Assembly (NCBI GenBank): GCA_964016885.1
Contig: OZ024741.1
Span: 95,170,001-95,234,000, forward strand
Source of the DNA: Eledone cirrhosa
Lineage: Eukaryota
Reading direction: 5' to 3'
DNA length: 64,000 bases
Part shown: positions 39,700 to 53,269 of the stretch, one piece after another
Layout of the letters: every line of letters starts with the position of its first letter
Numbering within the stretch: the stretch's first letter is position 1
Program-made: the position numbers and the translations under genes
Notes under the pieces: model-generated
Seen by the model: only the letters and a program-made list of their open reading frames with translations
The model's database searches: none
What the model was told of the DNA's origin: nothing

Positions 39700-40375
39700 A
39701 TTACTCCTTTCTCCAACTAGACTGTTCTGAATACATCTGTTACTTGAGTGAACTGAGTGAAGTCCAGTTATATGTCTCACCTAAAAAACCTTATCTTCTC
39801 CCAGTAGACTGAGTGAATTATGATGTACAGTTAAGTGTCTCACCTAGAAACCCTGTTAGGTAGACTGTTCTTATTACGAGAGTCAACTGAAACATTATGT
39901 ATAGTTATATGACCCACCATGATACCTTTTCCAACAGATCTGTTACCCGAGTTAAATGTCTCACCAACAAACCTTGTCACAATCTCCAGAAAAACTGACC
40001 TCAAAAGATCTGTTAGTAGAGTTCACTGAAACATATAAGAGTTAAATGTCCCACATAGAAACCTTGTCACAATCTCCAGAAAAACTGACCTCAAAAGATC
40101 TGTTACTAGAGTTCACTGAAACATATAAGAGTTAAATGTCCCACATAGAAACCTTGTTACAATCTCCAGAAAAACTGATCTCAAAAGATCTGTTACTAGA
40201 TTTAATTGAGTCATATAAGAGTTAAAAGGCCCACATAGAAACCTTGTTTCAAACCCTAAGAGATTTATTAACCGAGTGATGTACATCTAAGTGTTCCTTC
40301 AAGAAACTTTGTTACCTTCTCCAATGTTCTCAATAGATGATACATGAAAAGTTAAATGTCTCACCAAAAAACTCA
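39700..40375. repeat. 90-bp minisatellite: ~3.3 well-conserved copies (39950-40250) flanked by degenerate copies
   Basis: GTTAAATGTC at 39951, 40041 and 40131; GTTAAAAGGC at 40221. Confidence 0.9.
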
Positions 40376-42288
40376 GAAAAATAATTGCAGCAGAATTAAC
40401 ATACCACATCTGAATTTCAGGTTCAATAAACCTTATGCTCTTGTCTACTATATTACCACCATGATGTGTTACAATTTGGAAACCATTCTGTTGATATTAT
40501 TAATGAAAGAAGAGAGAGAGAAATGTATATACATTGTAAGAATGGGAGAAAAAGTATTTGGCAGATATTGTAGTGTTATTATTCAATCCATTGCTACTCC
40601 GAGAATGTTGTTGCCTGAATACACAAGTAACACTCACTCCGAGTAGGAGAGAGAGAGAGAGCTGTTGTGAAATGGTGTCTAGTTTCCCTTGATGGTCTGA
40701 AGAAATTAGTGTCTGTGGCTACTGAATGATATTTATGGATATGAACTTATGACACCTGTATTTCAGTTTGTCTATCAACACTCCTGATCTCTTCTAACAC
40801 ACACATACATGCATAAACAGCTACATTTTGATACATACTCTTACATATATTTGTACACATGAACTCATCTGCATACATACACACTTGAAGACACACTTAT
40901 ATCCAGATAATCACACCCAAACACACACCTATTCTCTTTGATAGTTTTGCTTTATAGTGAAATCCTTTTAAATACACATATATAATATAATATAATATAA
41001 TATAATGTAATATATATATATTTATACACTCACACATATGTGTGTGTATGTATATATACACTCATACATATGCATGTATATACACTCACACATATACATA
41101 TATATATGTATACATACACACACACCTCTTTTATGACTGAAGAGACATTGTTTCTGTTTGTTATGTTATTAACAAATTACATTGTCTGGTAGGGGTGGGG
41201 TTGGGGTTATAATTAATCTTTTATCACTCTAATATTTGTTCTGCCAGTCCTGCTTTCCACACACGCAACAATGCAACAGTATGCAATGTTAAACTAGCAA
41301 ATTGATTACTATTATTTTTATTATTACTATTGTTATTATTATTATTAGTATTATCTTTAGTATTCATAGTGTATTGTGTGTCTCTTTGATACTTTGTTCC
41401 TTTGAAATTCATTACCTATGTTCTGATTATAAGTTCTGAAGACACACACAAATATATATATATATATATAAAAGTCAAATTTAGATATATGTTCTTTCTT
41501 TCTTTATTTATTTATTTTCATTGTTATTTTAAAGGGATTAAAAAAAAATACAAAACAATTTCTAACTGGTCTATGGCTATGAAAAACCCTTAGAACATTT
41601 CGACAAATAACAAAACACATTTGTTGTAAATATTTACAGTATAGTAAGTATTGAAATGGTCAGATATTTATTACATCTAAAACTGTTGCTAACTTAAAGA
41701 TACTCCAAAGTAAAATATTATTTCTTCAAAGTTATTCTCTATTGTTCTTAAATCTATAACTTGTATAGGCTTTATTTTATTTCGGTGCACTGTGAGTGAT
41801 TGAAAAAGCGACTGGTGTTAGAAAACTTGCAAAAATATATTCTTCCAACTGAGATTGCAGACAGCCTGCCATTCATTGATGCCAGTTGATGTGGCTGTGT
41901 TGGTGTGGCCAACCACAGCAGTTTTGGTCTGTTGCCATAACAGTTGGCAGAGGAACCTCATCCCATAGACTTCTAGCTGTTTGCTTTTTGCCAACTTTAG
42001 GAGTCGCTAGCGATAATCTGTTTTCTACCCAAACTGGTCTTAGCTTAGTTCCTTTCTCCAGATATACCAGAAAAAAAAAATGTCTGTTATTCTTATCATA
42101 AATCCCATGCACGATGAAAAAGTAAGTTGTAATTGTATTTGTATTTATTTGTTTATTATTATTTTCTTGTTATTTTACTGGTGTCTTTTAATTGTTAAAA
42201 TCATCTAATTATATATGTACATTGTAAATATTTCAGCTTCATAAATTAGACCACACAAGCTTTCTCATTTGTTAAAAGGATATGTTGA

Positions 42289-42321
<33 letters not shown>

Positions 42322-42512
42322 TATGTGTGTGTGAGTATGCATGTATGTATGAGGATATGTGTGTATGTATGTATATATATACACGTGTATGTATATACAT
42401 GTATGTATATAACCCATGTATGCAGGTATGGAAAACAGGCATAAAAATTGTGATGCTGATTATAACATGTAAATAATTTTAGATTTAGATTTTTCAAAAC
42501 ATTAAAACATTA

Positions 42513-42646
<134 letters not shown>

Positions 42647-43684
42647 TTTTGTTGAAACTTACAATTCTATAGAGGTATTTTTATTTGTAAATAGTTTATA
42701 ATTATTGATTTCCATCTTTTTTCTTTGGATGGAGTCCTAACAGGATGTTTCCTTTTGTTTTGATGTTCCTCTTATCATCAACTGCTTAGTGTGGAATAAG
42801 GTTTAGATTTACTATATATCTTTTATAAACATGAACAAAATTTGTTTTGAATAAATAAAAATAAAAATAAAAGATGTAATTGAATAATTTTTTTAATATT
42901 TGATAATTTAAAAAATCTATTTATTTATTTTTACACTGAGTCTAGAATACTAGGTTCTAGCTTTGACTCAATGCCACAACAAGGTGCATAGTTAAACATT
43001 TTGTTATCATACTTCTTAAGAAAGACACTGCCTATCATCTTGAAATAATTTTGAAAATATTCAAGAATTTAGAGGGATTTAGTAATAACTAACTTTTACA
43101 TTATTAAGCTGCTGTTTAGAACACAGCTTAACATGGGTTCTTACATAAAATTTCAATGGAAGGTTTTTAGATAAATATCAACACTTTAAAAGTAAGAGTT
43201 TTGTATCATAGAACCATTTTCAGAAGGTTTTGTGTCAGAAGGGCGAATTGAATTAATTTTTAGGTTATTAATGTTATTTCACCCAAGTGACAAAATCAAC
43301 CCTTGTCAGATTTGAACACAGATCAGAGCTAGTTACTGCAAAGTTTTTATAAAGAAGTATGGCTAAATTTTGAAAGGTCCTGAAGGACACCAAACATTCT
43401 GTTGCTTCAAGTTCTTCCTGAGTATAATATTAACATAGTATTGTTGTTAAAGAAAACACATAACTCTAGAACCCAACATGGTTTAGTAGTTGGTACTAAA
43501 GGTATGGTGGTTCACTGTAAGTTGGATAAACCATCAATTGTTTCTACTAAATGTATATTGGTTCAGTTAAATTTCATAAGACCAAAGAAGTTACTTCTTT
43601 CTTTTTTGTTGTTTATTAAAACCATCTAAAATCTAAATCAATTAAAAACAAATTTACATTTATCTTATTATACAATGAATATTT

Positions 43685-43912
43685 AGCCCTTATATTACCA
43701 TATTTCTACTGAAAGACACTACCTATGATTTTCAAATAATTTTGAAAATAATCAAGAATTTGGATAGCTGTAGTAATATAACTAACTTTATCGTTATTTG
43801 TCTAGTGTTTGGAACAACTTAACGGAAGCTCTTATATAAAACTGTTAAAATATACAGCCTTGTCATCATAGAACCAGTGATAATTCAGGTGGTTTGGTAT
43901 CAGAAAGATTAA
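43685..43912 (-). mobile_element. piggyBac-type MITE, family P1 (another copy at ~42995-43245)
   Basis: CCCTTATATTACCATATTTCTACTGAAAGACACT...GGTATCAGAAAGATTAA; reverse orientation of the 22227 type. Confidence 0.65.
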
Positions 43913-44142
43913 GGGATTAATTTCTTGATTCAAAATATTTGTCTTGCTTTGTTGCATAATTCAATTTAATGTAAATGTATATTTGGTGATCTATGGAGTT
44001 TTCTTTGCAAATTTTGTGGACCATCTTCTAATAAACAAACAAACAAACAAATATGGTAAGCATTGTTGCAGTAGGATATTACTTGCCCTTACTAACAACA
44101 TATATTATTTCCATTTCATAGTTGACTGGATGACAGTATTAA

Positions 44143-44355
44143 CCCTCTAACATTTAAACCAGCCATATCCAGCCAGAATTCTCTCACCTCTTTCTGTTCA
44201 AACCAGCTATAACTGACCACTCATATCTACATTAAAGGTATTGTTCTCAAAATAAATAACATCAAAATCTCATAGATTTGATATTATGTGAGATAATTAT
44301 GTAAGATAAAACCTAAATATAATAGAAAATATAGAATAATGTAAATGCTGAAGGG
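44143..44355 (+). mobile_element. piggyBac-type MITE, family P2
   Basis: TTAA|CCCTCTAACATTTAAA...AAATGCTGAAGGG|TTAT; inverted copies at 52667 and 62143, partial copy at 49256. Confidence 0.75.
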
Positions 44356-44929
44356 TTATGGAAAGTCAGGTATAAAATGTACTAAGAAATAATGATTAGG
44401 AGGGGAATAGGTGTTAAAATGTAATCTTTTTTTTTTTAAATTACATATAATTCTCTGAGAGACAGCATATTGGCAAAGTCGTTAGGGTGTAGGATTAAAT
44501 GCTTCAGTATTTATTCTGCTTCACTGCGCTCTGAGTTCAAATCCTGCCATGGTCAACCTTGCCATCTTTTCAAGATTGATAAATAAGTATCAGTCCAGTA
44601 CTGGGGTTGATTCTCCACTCACCACTCGATGAAATCGTCTGTCTTCTGACATGGAGAGAGAAGGGCTCTGTGTATTCTTTTCTTATATTGTTTTCTTGGT
44701 TTCAGTCATTGGACAGTGGGCATGCTATGGCACTGCATTCAAGGGATTTAGTTGATAATATCAACCCCAGTACTTTTTTTTTTCAAGTCTGGTGCTTTTA
44801 TTGAACTGCTAAGATACAGGACATAAAGAAATAGTAAATGTAAACCTCACAACAGAAATGACTAAAGATCATGAGGGCTGGCGCTATGTAGTGCTAAAAA
44901 AATCCGGCCTGGACCCCCCCCTCCCCAGA

Positions 44930-45465
44930 CATGTCCCTTGTGAAGTGGTTGGTGATGGGAAGGACATCCAGTAAGGAATGGCCTACTAAACAAAGGGTTG
45001 GGAGGACCCTTCAGTTATGCCAAGGCGTGACAGTCTCCCTAGTGTTTGGTGATCTACATGATAAATGCCCCCAGTACACACTGTAAAATGGTTGGTGATA
45101 GGAAGAGCATCCAGCCATAGAAAACTTGCCAAACAAAGGATTGGGAGGACACTTCAGTCATGTCAAGGACTTGACAGCCTTCTTAGTGTTGGCGATCTAC
45201 ATGATAAATGCACTCAGTACAATCTGTAAAGTGGTTGGTGTTAGGAAGGGCCTCCAGCTGTAGAAAGCTTGCCAAACAGAGTTGGAAGAACCCTCAGTTG
45301 TGTCGAAGACATGACAACCTTTCCTATGCATGACTGTACGTAAGCAAAACGACAGATCTCTGGCCTGTCTGGGAGATCAGTAGCCACTGCTTCAGTACTC
45401 TCTTGGTCTATGTAGACCCATCCAACCCTTGTTAGCTAGGAAAGTAGACGTTAAAACGATGACAA
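44930..45465 (+). mobile_element. SINE-like family C variant with ~143-bp unit triplicated
   Basis: GATCTACATGATAAATGC at 45051 and 45194; TGGTTGGTG..GGAAG..C.TCCAG three times; GACGTTAAAACGATGA tail. Confidence 0.75.
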
Positions 45466-45568
45466 TACACGCACACACACATAATTTTTAAAAAATATAC
45501 TGAAGTGAAAACCAAACAGTGAGTATGTTTTACTTTAGCAATATTAGAACATGACCCTCCTCAAATAT

Positions 45569-45611
<43 letters not shown>

Positions 45612-46789
45612 GTAGAAGTTGAGTATTTATTTTAACCTTTTCTCAAACACTTTATATAGTAAGAAGAATGACTTAATGTTTCATTTAGTCCTTCATCAAA
45701 GGACAGAATGAGAGATAAAAGAAGAAATAGAAAGATAGGTGAGTATAAGAAGAGGAAGAAATGGGGAAAAAAGCATGTTCATGTTTAGATAGCCATATAT
45801 ATGTGATGGGCTTCTACCCAGTTTCCATCTGCCAAATTTAACTTATATAGCATTGGATAACCTCAGGCTACAATACAAGTGGCCACACAATGGGACTGAA
45901 CCCAAAACCACATTGTTGTGAAATGAACTCCTTAACTATACAGCCATACCTACACCTGTGTATGTGTAGTAAATTAAAATCTTTATGCTCTTTATTAAAT
46001 TATAGATTTCTTCCTATATGCCAAGAAAATTCTAGTTTAAATGTTATTGAATGACATTACAGTTTTTAATATTCAGTAACTTTCCTAAATATTTGGACAG
46101 TTAAACAATAATAAGATGATTTGAAATATTTTGTCTTCATTTCATAGAAATAGAGCCAAACTATCAATAGATTCAACTGCCTTCTTTACTTTATATAATC
46201 AACTATTTTTAAAAGAAAAACCTTTTAAAGTATCCTGCTATGGTGGTAAATTAGGTTCATGGCTAGATTGATTTTTGCCTACTTTCAGGAATTCTATAAA
46301 TAATTGCAAATGATCCGGATATAAATTTACCTCAGTTTCCTTAACACCAGAGAGATATTTAGATACATAACAAAGCTTAAGTTTCACCAATGAAAATTCT
46401 TTGCATTTTTTGGTAGCGATGTCACTGTAGTCAAATCCTGTGTCAAAGTCTAGATGAAGAAAACTATATTCTTATCGTGGCTTATTTCACTTAAAATTTA
46501 AATTCTCTTATCTGCCTTGAGCAATGTACAACAGACACCTTGAGTTTAATATCTTTGGTTAGTCATTGTCCCCCTCTTATACGTTACTAAGTTAAAAGGC
46601 ATTATACAATTGTCTGTTTGTTTTTATTTTATTTCCTATCTGACATTTTACTTGTTCATTTTGAAAATAACAAAAAGAATTGACAAATTTTTACAAGGAA
46701 ATGTTTTCATCCTCTTCACCTTTGTTACACAAAGTCTGGTGTAATAAGGTTACTTACTGACATATCTACCTTGTATTATATTTGCTAGC

Positions 46790-46980
46790 CAGGGCGGTGG
46801 ATTGGTAGTATCAGTAGAGGGCCAGATGCCATGCTTTGCAGCATAGAGTTACGCACCTTTACGGTCTGAGTTCAAATCCCACCGAGGTTAACTTTGCCTT
46901 TCATCCTTACGGGGTCTATAAAATAAAGTACCAGTAATGCACTGTGATAATTGTTGACCTTGTGCCAAAAAGTAGAAACA
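46790..46980 (+). mobile_element. SINE family A, full length
   Basis: Family A consensus; TSD ATTATATTTGCTA. Confidence 0.9.
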
Positions 46981-47089
46981 ATTATATTTGCTAACATGTG
47001 TTTGCTATGTTTATAAATTCAGATAATGTTTTTATGAAACTAATGCTGTGTGTGTAATCTGTTTGTATGTATATTTATACGAAAGGACA

Positions 47090-47770
47090 GATTGTATGCT
47101 GCATGGTAGTGAAACCTGGGTGCTGTGTGCAGAGGACCTACAAAGATTGGAAAGAAATGAAGTTTGCATGCTCCGATGGATGTGTAATAGTAATATATGG
47201 ATGGCAAAGCGTAAATGAACTGAGAAACTGGGCATAAGAGGGATCAAATGCAGTGTGCAGAAGAGGAGATGGTAGTGGTTTGGGCATGTGATGTGTATGA
47301 TGGTTGATAGCTATATAAAAAGGTACAGAGCACTCAAAGTTGATGGAAGCTATAGAAAAGGCAGACCTAGGAAAGTTTGGGAGGAGGTGACAAAAGCTAA
47401 CCTCACAGAATTTTACCTATCAAAAGCGATGGAACAGGATCAAGATCTCTGGCATTATGCAGCATTGCAGAAGCCCTGCCCTCTCTGGGGCATGGGATGT
47501 AGCAACATCTAGTGGCCTCTAGTATACACCACTCCTTCCCTCCATACAGTACTACAGAAAACTAGTCGTCCCATATGCACAGGATGAAGTAACATCTAGT
47601 GGTCTCTTGTACGCACCACTTCTCCCCTTCCCTCTTCCATACACCTCCCACATCCTAACACTCCCCTATTTCTCCAGCTAAGTACCCACACCATAGACCT
47701 ACCTCTCTAATCTCTACCATCCATTCCCTCCCCCCCACCCTACTTCCCACATCTGACAACCTCTCTTGAC
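47090..47770 (+). mobile_element. RTE-clade LINE 3' fragment (RT C-terminus and probable 3' UTR)
   Basis: MLHGSETW...LERNEVCMLRWMC...WFGHV...GRPRKVWEEV, with in-frame stops. Confidence 0.85.
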
Positions 47771-47837
47771 CAACAAGCTTGGAAAGATGAACACACTTTC
47801 CTACAATGTTGTTGAAGTAGCTAATGACTAATAGCTC

Positions 47838-48411
47838 TCAGTCCACCCTGTAAGGTGGTCATGCTGGTGACACAACAAAAGCCTCTAGTCCAGCCTTTGA
47901 GGTGGCCATGCTGGTACACGACAGGAGGTACCCAGTTCACCCGGTAAAGTGGGTGTGTTAGTGGTATGACAGAAGGCACCTGGCCTGGTGTAGGCAGACT
48001 GGTGACATGACAAAATCGCCCAGTCTACCCTGTAGTGCGGGGAATGACGACAAAAGTACCCAGTCTAACTTATAAAGGATTGTGATGGTGACATGACAAA
48101 TGGTGGCAGTTTTGGTGCCTAGCATCCAGTCCACACTGTAAGATGGTCATGTTGGAGACACAATAAAAGGCACCCATCATCATCATCATCATTTTACGTC
48201 CGCCTTTCCCTGCTTGCAAGGGTGCCTAGCATCCAGTCCACACTAAATGTGGTTGGTAGTAGGAAGGGCATCCAGCCATAGAAACCAAGCCAGAAACAGT
48301 TCTGTATGAGCAAGACAGTCATCTGACTTGACTTGACTCACAATGGGACAACTCATCTAACCCATGCTAGTATGGAAAAATGGATGTTAAACGGTGATGA
48401 TGATGATGATC
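47838..48411 (+). mobile_element. SINE-like family C with several internal tandem units and an inverted tail fragment
   Basis: CCAGTCYACCCTGTAAGGTGG units; tail CCCATGCTAGTATGGAAAAATGGATGTTAAACG(GAT)n. Confidence 0.8.
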
Positions 48412-49091
48412 TGTGTGAGTGGCGGCGGGGGGGGGGGGGGGGTATATGTATGTGATGGTAGCATATGTGTGTGTGTGTACAATTTATTTGTGTGTAATAT
48501 TTATATGGATGTTTGTGTGTGTGCAGGAATTTTAAAGTATGTGTAATATATGTGTGGATATACACTCCTTTAGTTTGACCTCTTATAAATAAAGCCATTC
48601 TTTGCAAAGCAGGTTTTTAAATTCTGTAAAGTTTTCTTTGTTGTTGATGGTAACAATGATGATAACCATAATAATGTTGGTAATGTTAAAATGATTGTGA
48701 TGATGAGGATGACTCAAATGGTTGTCATAACATGTTGGAAATGGTCGTGATGATGTGATGGTGATTGTGGTGTGGCAGATAATGATGGCAACACACAGTT
48801 ATAACAATGTTGGCAATAATAATGATGATAATGAGGGTGATGGTGGTGATGAAATAAAATTTAAAAGTGCCAAGTCAATATTGGGAAATTTTGGATACAG
48901 TAAGAAGAAAGAGGTAGATTTGATTGAATTGTCTGTTCCAGTATATAATTGGTACTTATAACAAAGTGGATGTTGATATATTGAAAACAATTAACAAATG
49001 CCTTGCTGTGGTGGGAAAACACACAACAATAAACATTTGAGAAGGTGGGGGGGGGGGGGGGGGGTCTGCTCTATTGAGCTATTATTATTAG

Positions 49092-49255
49092 TTGGATTGG
49101 CAGATCGGTAGAGTGTCAGACACCATGCTTTGCAGCATAGTGTTATGGCTCTTTACGTTCTGAATTTAAATCCCACCAAAGTTAACTTTCTTTTCATCCT
49201 TATGAGGTCGATAAAATAAAGTACCAGTAATGCACTGGGGTCAATTTAATCGATG
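49092..49255 (+). mobile_element. SINE family A variant
   Basis: GGATTGGCAGATCGGTAGAG...GTCGATAAAATAAAGTACCAGTAATGCACTGGG. Confidence 0.8.
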
Positions 49256-51254
49256 TTAAGGTATTGTTCTGAAAATAAATATCAAACTCTCATAGATTCA
49301 ATATTATGTGAGATAATTATGGGAGGTAAAGCCATGAAAATACATTAGTAAATTTAGAGTAACTTAAATGCTAAAGGGTTAATACTAGAGTGATGAAAGG
49401 CAAAGTTAAAGTCTGTCATTGGGCTTAGAAACTCATCCCAATAGAGCTTATCCTGGTCTTTATGATGCTGTATAAGACTGGATAGGGTGTCAGTCTGAAT
49501 CAGAGTTAACCCAAAGCTGCTGCAGGCACTCATTTGTTCAACTGAGTGGACATAAAATGAAGTGAGCCTAACAACATTCTTAGTGGGTAATGGTGTTGGT
49601 CTTATGATAATAATATTGTGTATTGTGTCCTTGAGCAAGCTACTTCATTTCATGTTGCTCTAGTTCACTCAGTTAATTATGATCACTAAACTTGGGTGTT
49701 TGACCTGTGAAGGATTGTCGTCCCTTAAGAAAGGGGTCTTGTACTTCCAGTTGCTTAACATTTTTCCGTGCTAACACAGGGTTGGGCGAAAGGAAATTCA
49801 GTGTTATTTGTGCTGTTGGGTTGGTTGCCATAATCATCTCCAAGACCCTTCATTACTAGCTCCTGTTTGATTGGGCAGGTCACTTAGTTGGTTGCTGGCT
49901 GCAATGATATGATCAGCCTTCATGTTGGTTGCTGCACAAATATTTGACTGAGACTAACACATTGAAGCTGTCACAGCTGCTGCCACTATCTACCTCTGGT
50001 TACAGTTGCTAGTGCATTCAGGTCGACTTGTCCAGCACTCACCATCTGGTGGTCAGAAGCTCCATTTGAGGACTGACTGATCTGTGATGTCATGATCAAC
50101 TCTTGCTAAATGGCAAAATGGCTGTTAAATGACAATGATGATGAGGATGGTGGTGGAGGTGATGATGAATTATGAAATTCACTTCTGATTGCAAGTTGAG
50201 CCAAATGTTTATTTTTTATTTTTTTTATTTGAACCTCCCTTTCTCTAAGAAGCTTTGGTATCAACTCACTGACTGAATATAACAGATAACAGTGCTTAAA
50301 CTTAATGATAAAGTACAAATATATTCTTTGGGGATTGAGATGTGAATGGAGTCTACAATGATAAATCTTGATAAGAAATGGACAAGTATTTTGAACTTTT
50401 ATATCAGTGAAAAAAATATATTTTTGTATGTACACAATTGTGTACTTATATAAATGTATGTGTGATCTTTTACTTGTTTCAGTCATTAAACTATAGCCAT
50501 GCTGGAGCTTTCTCATGGGAAAATATCAAGTTCCCATTGGCAGAGTCATTAGAGGATGGGATGGAATGCTTCACAGTATTTGTTCCAGCTCACTGAGGTC
50601 TGAGTTCAAATCTTGTTGAGGTCAACTTTGTCTTTCCCTCTTTCGAGGTTGATAAAGTCCCTGTCCAATACTGGGGTTGAGTCCATCTCTATTTCTCTTT
50701 CTCACCTCCTCTTTCTGGTTCTAACTCTCTCATTTCCTGGAAGACATTGGCTGTGTTCAGACCTTTTGTGAGATTGGCTCTGCCAGGTTTAAATGCCCAA
50801 AACATACCATATATATTATTACGGCACCTCTAAGACTCCCTCTAGAGTTAAGTGCCTGTAGATATATATTAGGGAGCATATATGCTCAAATGGTTTAAGA
50901 GTTCACTTTGCAATCATATCGTTCTGGGCTTAACCAACTGCTCAATTATTGAGCAAGAAACAGTTTTATACCATAATTTTGAATTGATCCAACCTTTCAG
51001 TAAACAGAAACTCCATAAGCTCATATATAGGCATATACTATTTGTACCTTTAAACAAATCCCAATATTCTCATTGCTATTTGCCAAAAGCTCTAGGTTCT
51101 GGTTAGTTTTATTCTTTTTGATTATGACTTTAAATCCTCTTAATATTTACATTCTCTTTCTTTTGCCTTGGTTCAATAAAATAAGTATCAATAATATACT
51201 AAAGTCAACTGTGGCTCTTCTCTTGAGAAAAAAAAGCATTTGTATTGAAGTAAA

Positions 51255-51590
51255 AGGATAAAGGCCCCCTTCAGTATTGAATGACCATGAGATTTACACC
51301 TAGAAAGTTCCCCTCCGAGGCACAAGTCCAGGCAAGGATGTTTGTGGAAGACCAGCAACCATTCATGCATACCAGTCTCCCCTCTCCACACCACCAAAGT
51401 TGTCCAAGGGAAAGGTAAAGGCCAATACAGCTTGGCACTAGTGACATTGCAACTCATTTCTATAGCTGAGTGAACTGGAGCAACGTCAAATAAAGTGTCT
51501 TGCTCAAGAACACAATGCAAAGCCCGGTCCGAGAATCAAACTCACAACCTTATGATTGTAAGTCCGATGCTCTAACCACTAAGCTATGAA
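51255..51590 (-). mobile_element. SINE family B, near full length
   Basis: Minus head CATAGCTTAGTGGTTAGAGCATCGGACTTACAATC...GAGTTTGATTCTC; core TCTTGAGCAAGACACTTTATTT. Confidence 0.85.
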
Positions 51591-52106
51591 GTAAGAAAGT
51601 AATATTTATATTTATTATTTTGGTAAAACTTTCAAATTCAAAAACTTCCCATATTGATATTTCTGTTAATATTGAGAATATCAATAAATGGATCAATAAT
51701 CACTGACTCAAACTGAATGGGAGAAAATCTTAATAGCATTCTATATCATGAAAATAAACATGATGGCTTTATTGTTGAAAGCATGTGTCTTGATGGCACC
51801 GATATTCTTACTTCTTATGAGGCAAAAAACTAAAAGACAGAAAAATGTTAATGTTATATGAGATAAATACACGACCTTTAACCAATATAGCATTCAGTTG
51901 ATCAATCACTAAGAAACATGACAAGAGAAAAATAAAAAAGGCCTCAGAAAATTTGTCACATTTATTCAGATAGAAATTCTTGTTAACACTATTATCTTAA
52001 GTGTTTTTTATTAATATTGGCTAAAAAATTAAAAAGAGATTATTTTGAAATTAAGAACAGAACTAAGGAAGACATGGGAAGAAATGATTAGAGTAAGATC
52101 TTTAAA

Positions 52107-52548
52107 CAGTCGTTCCCAACCTTTTCATTACCTTATCTAAATAAATTTTCTCACAGATCCCTTTTATCAAAAAGAAATTTCCCAGCTTTTGAAAGCGCTG
52201 CCTACTTAACAAGCCAATTTTATTAACTAAACACTAACTTGTTTTTCTCAGTTTCATTTCTCAATTGAAAAGATATATGCCACTGAATATTTAGTTAAAT
52301 ATGTGGTAGTATTAAACAAAGATCACTTACATTTGTAATGATACTTTGTTTATACTATTTTCTAAATATCGGGTTTACTGGCAGTTTTAAGTGTAGATCA
52401 GAATCTAAAAAGTATCTAAAAATATTAAACTATTCCTGATAGATTTGAAATACTTATACATTTTACACTGTAACTTCTTGAAATATTCCATTTAATTCAC
52501 AAACCTCCAGTATTATATCTGTGGACCCTAAAAGGCTGGGAAGTGTTG
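52107..52548. mobile_element. hAT (Charlie-like) MITE
   Basis: CAGTCGTTCCCAACCTTTT...AAAAGGCTGGGAAGTGTTG; 8-bp flanks TCTTTAAA/TCTTATAA. Confidence 0.65.
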
Positions 52549-52666
52549 TCTTATAACCTAAGACTTCAGAAGTTTAAAACAAATCTGAGAGATTGGCTAT
52601 ATAGCTTCTATAAAATTGATTAATAAACAATAGTAAATTCTTACTCTGACATACAGATTTTTGTAA

Positions 52667-52850
52667 CCCTTTAGCATTTACATTACTCTATATTTACTAT
52701 TATATTTTACCTCACATAATATCGAATCTATGAGATTTTGATATTATCTATTTTGAGAACAATACCATAACATCAGTATGAGTGGCCAGTTACAGCCAGT
52801 TTGAACAGAAAGAGGTGAGGGAGTTCTGGCCTGATATAGCCGGTTTACAA
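52667..52850 (-). mobile_element. piggyBac-type MITE, family P2 (partial)
   Basis: CCCTTTAGCATTTACATT...TTGAACAGAAAGAGGTGAG, matching the 62143 copy. Confidence 0.7.
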
Positions 52851-53269
52851 ACACTTGCAAACAAAACAAATATCACAGCTGTCCATTTCCCTTCTCACAA
52901 AGCTCCAAAACATCAATTTTGAAAATCATAATATACATATTTACTTAATTTGTTTAGTTTCTATTGTTTTCATATGATCAAAGACATTACATCAGTGCCA
53001 TTATTCAGTGTATCAATTCCTTTTTTAAGGCTGTAAAGTATGATTTCTCAGCTGAAAATGAGTAATGGCAGTTGCTGGAAGTTAACTCTGTGATGGACTG
53101 GAGTATTGTCAAGGTGTAAGGTGGGGAGTCTTTATGCCAATGAAAACTGGGATAACACCAGCCTGATGAGCTTCTGGGCTTGGGACAAACTAAAAAATGT
53201 GATTTGAGTGAAATTTAGCCACCATTTCTTGTAGGTTGAGTGACCATGTACACCTCAGGTGGATATTCC

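Noticed and set aside
49790-50105. GC-richer segment as a host exon
   Set aside because: Stops occur in the frames examined and there is a weak minus-strand resemblance to an RTE C-terminus (VLKW...SRP); too decayed to call either way.
51530-51590. tRNA gene
   Set aside because: The tRNA-like segment lacks a complete acceptor stem and runs directly into the SINE body; it is a SINE head.
53155-53190. + strand CTGATGA as a hammerhead core
   Set aside because: No stem II followed by GAAA; it lies within an old SINE-like tail.
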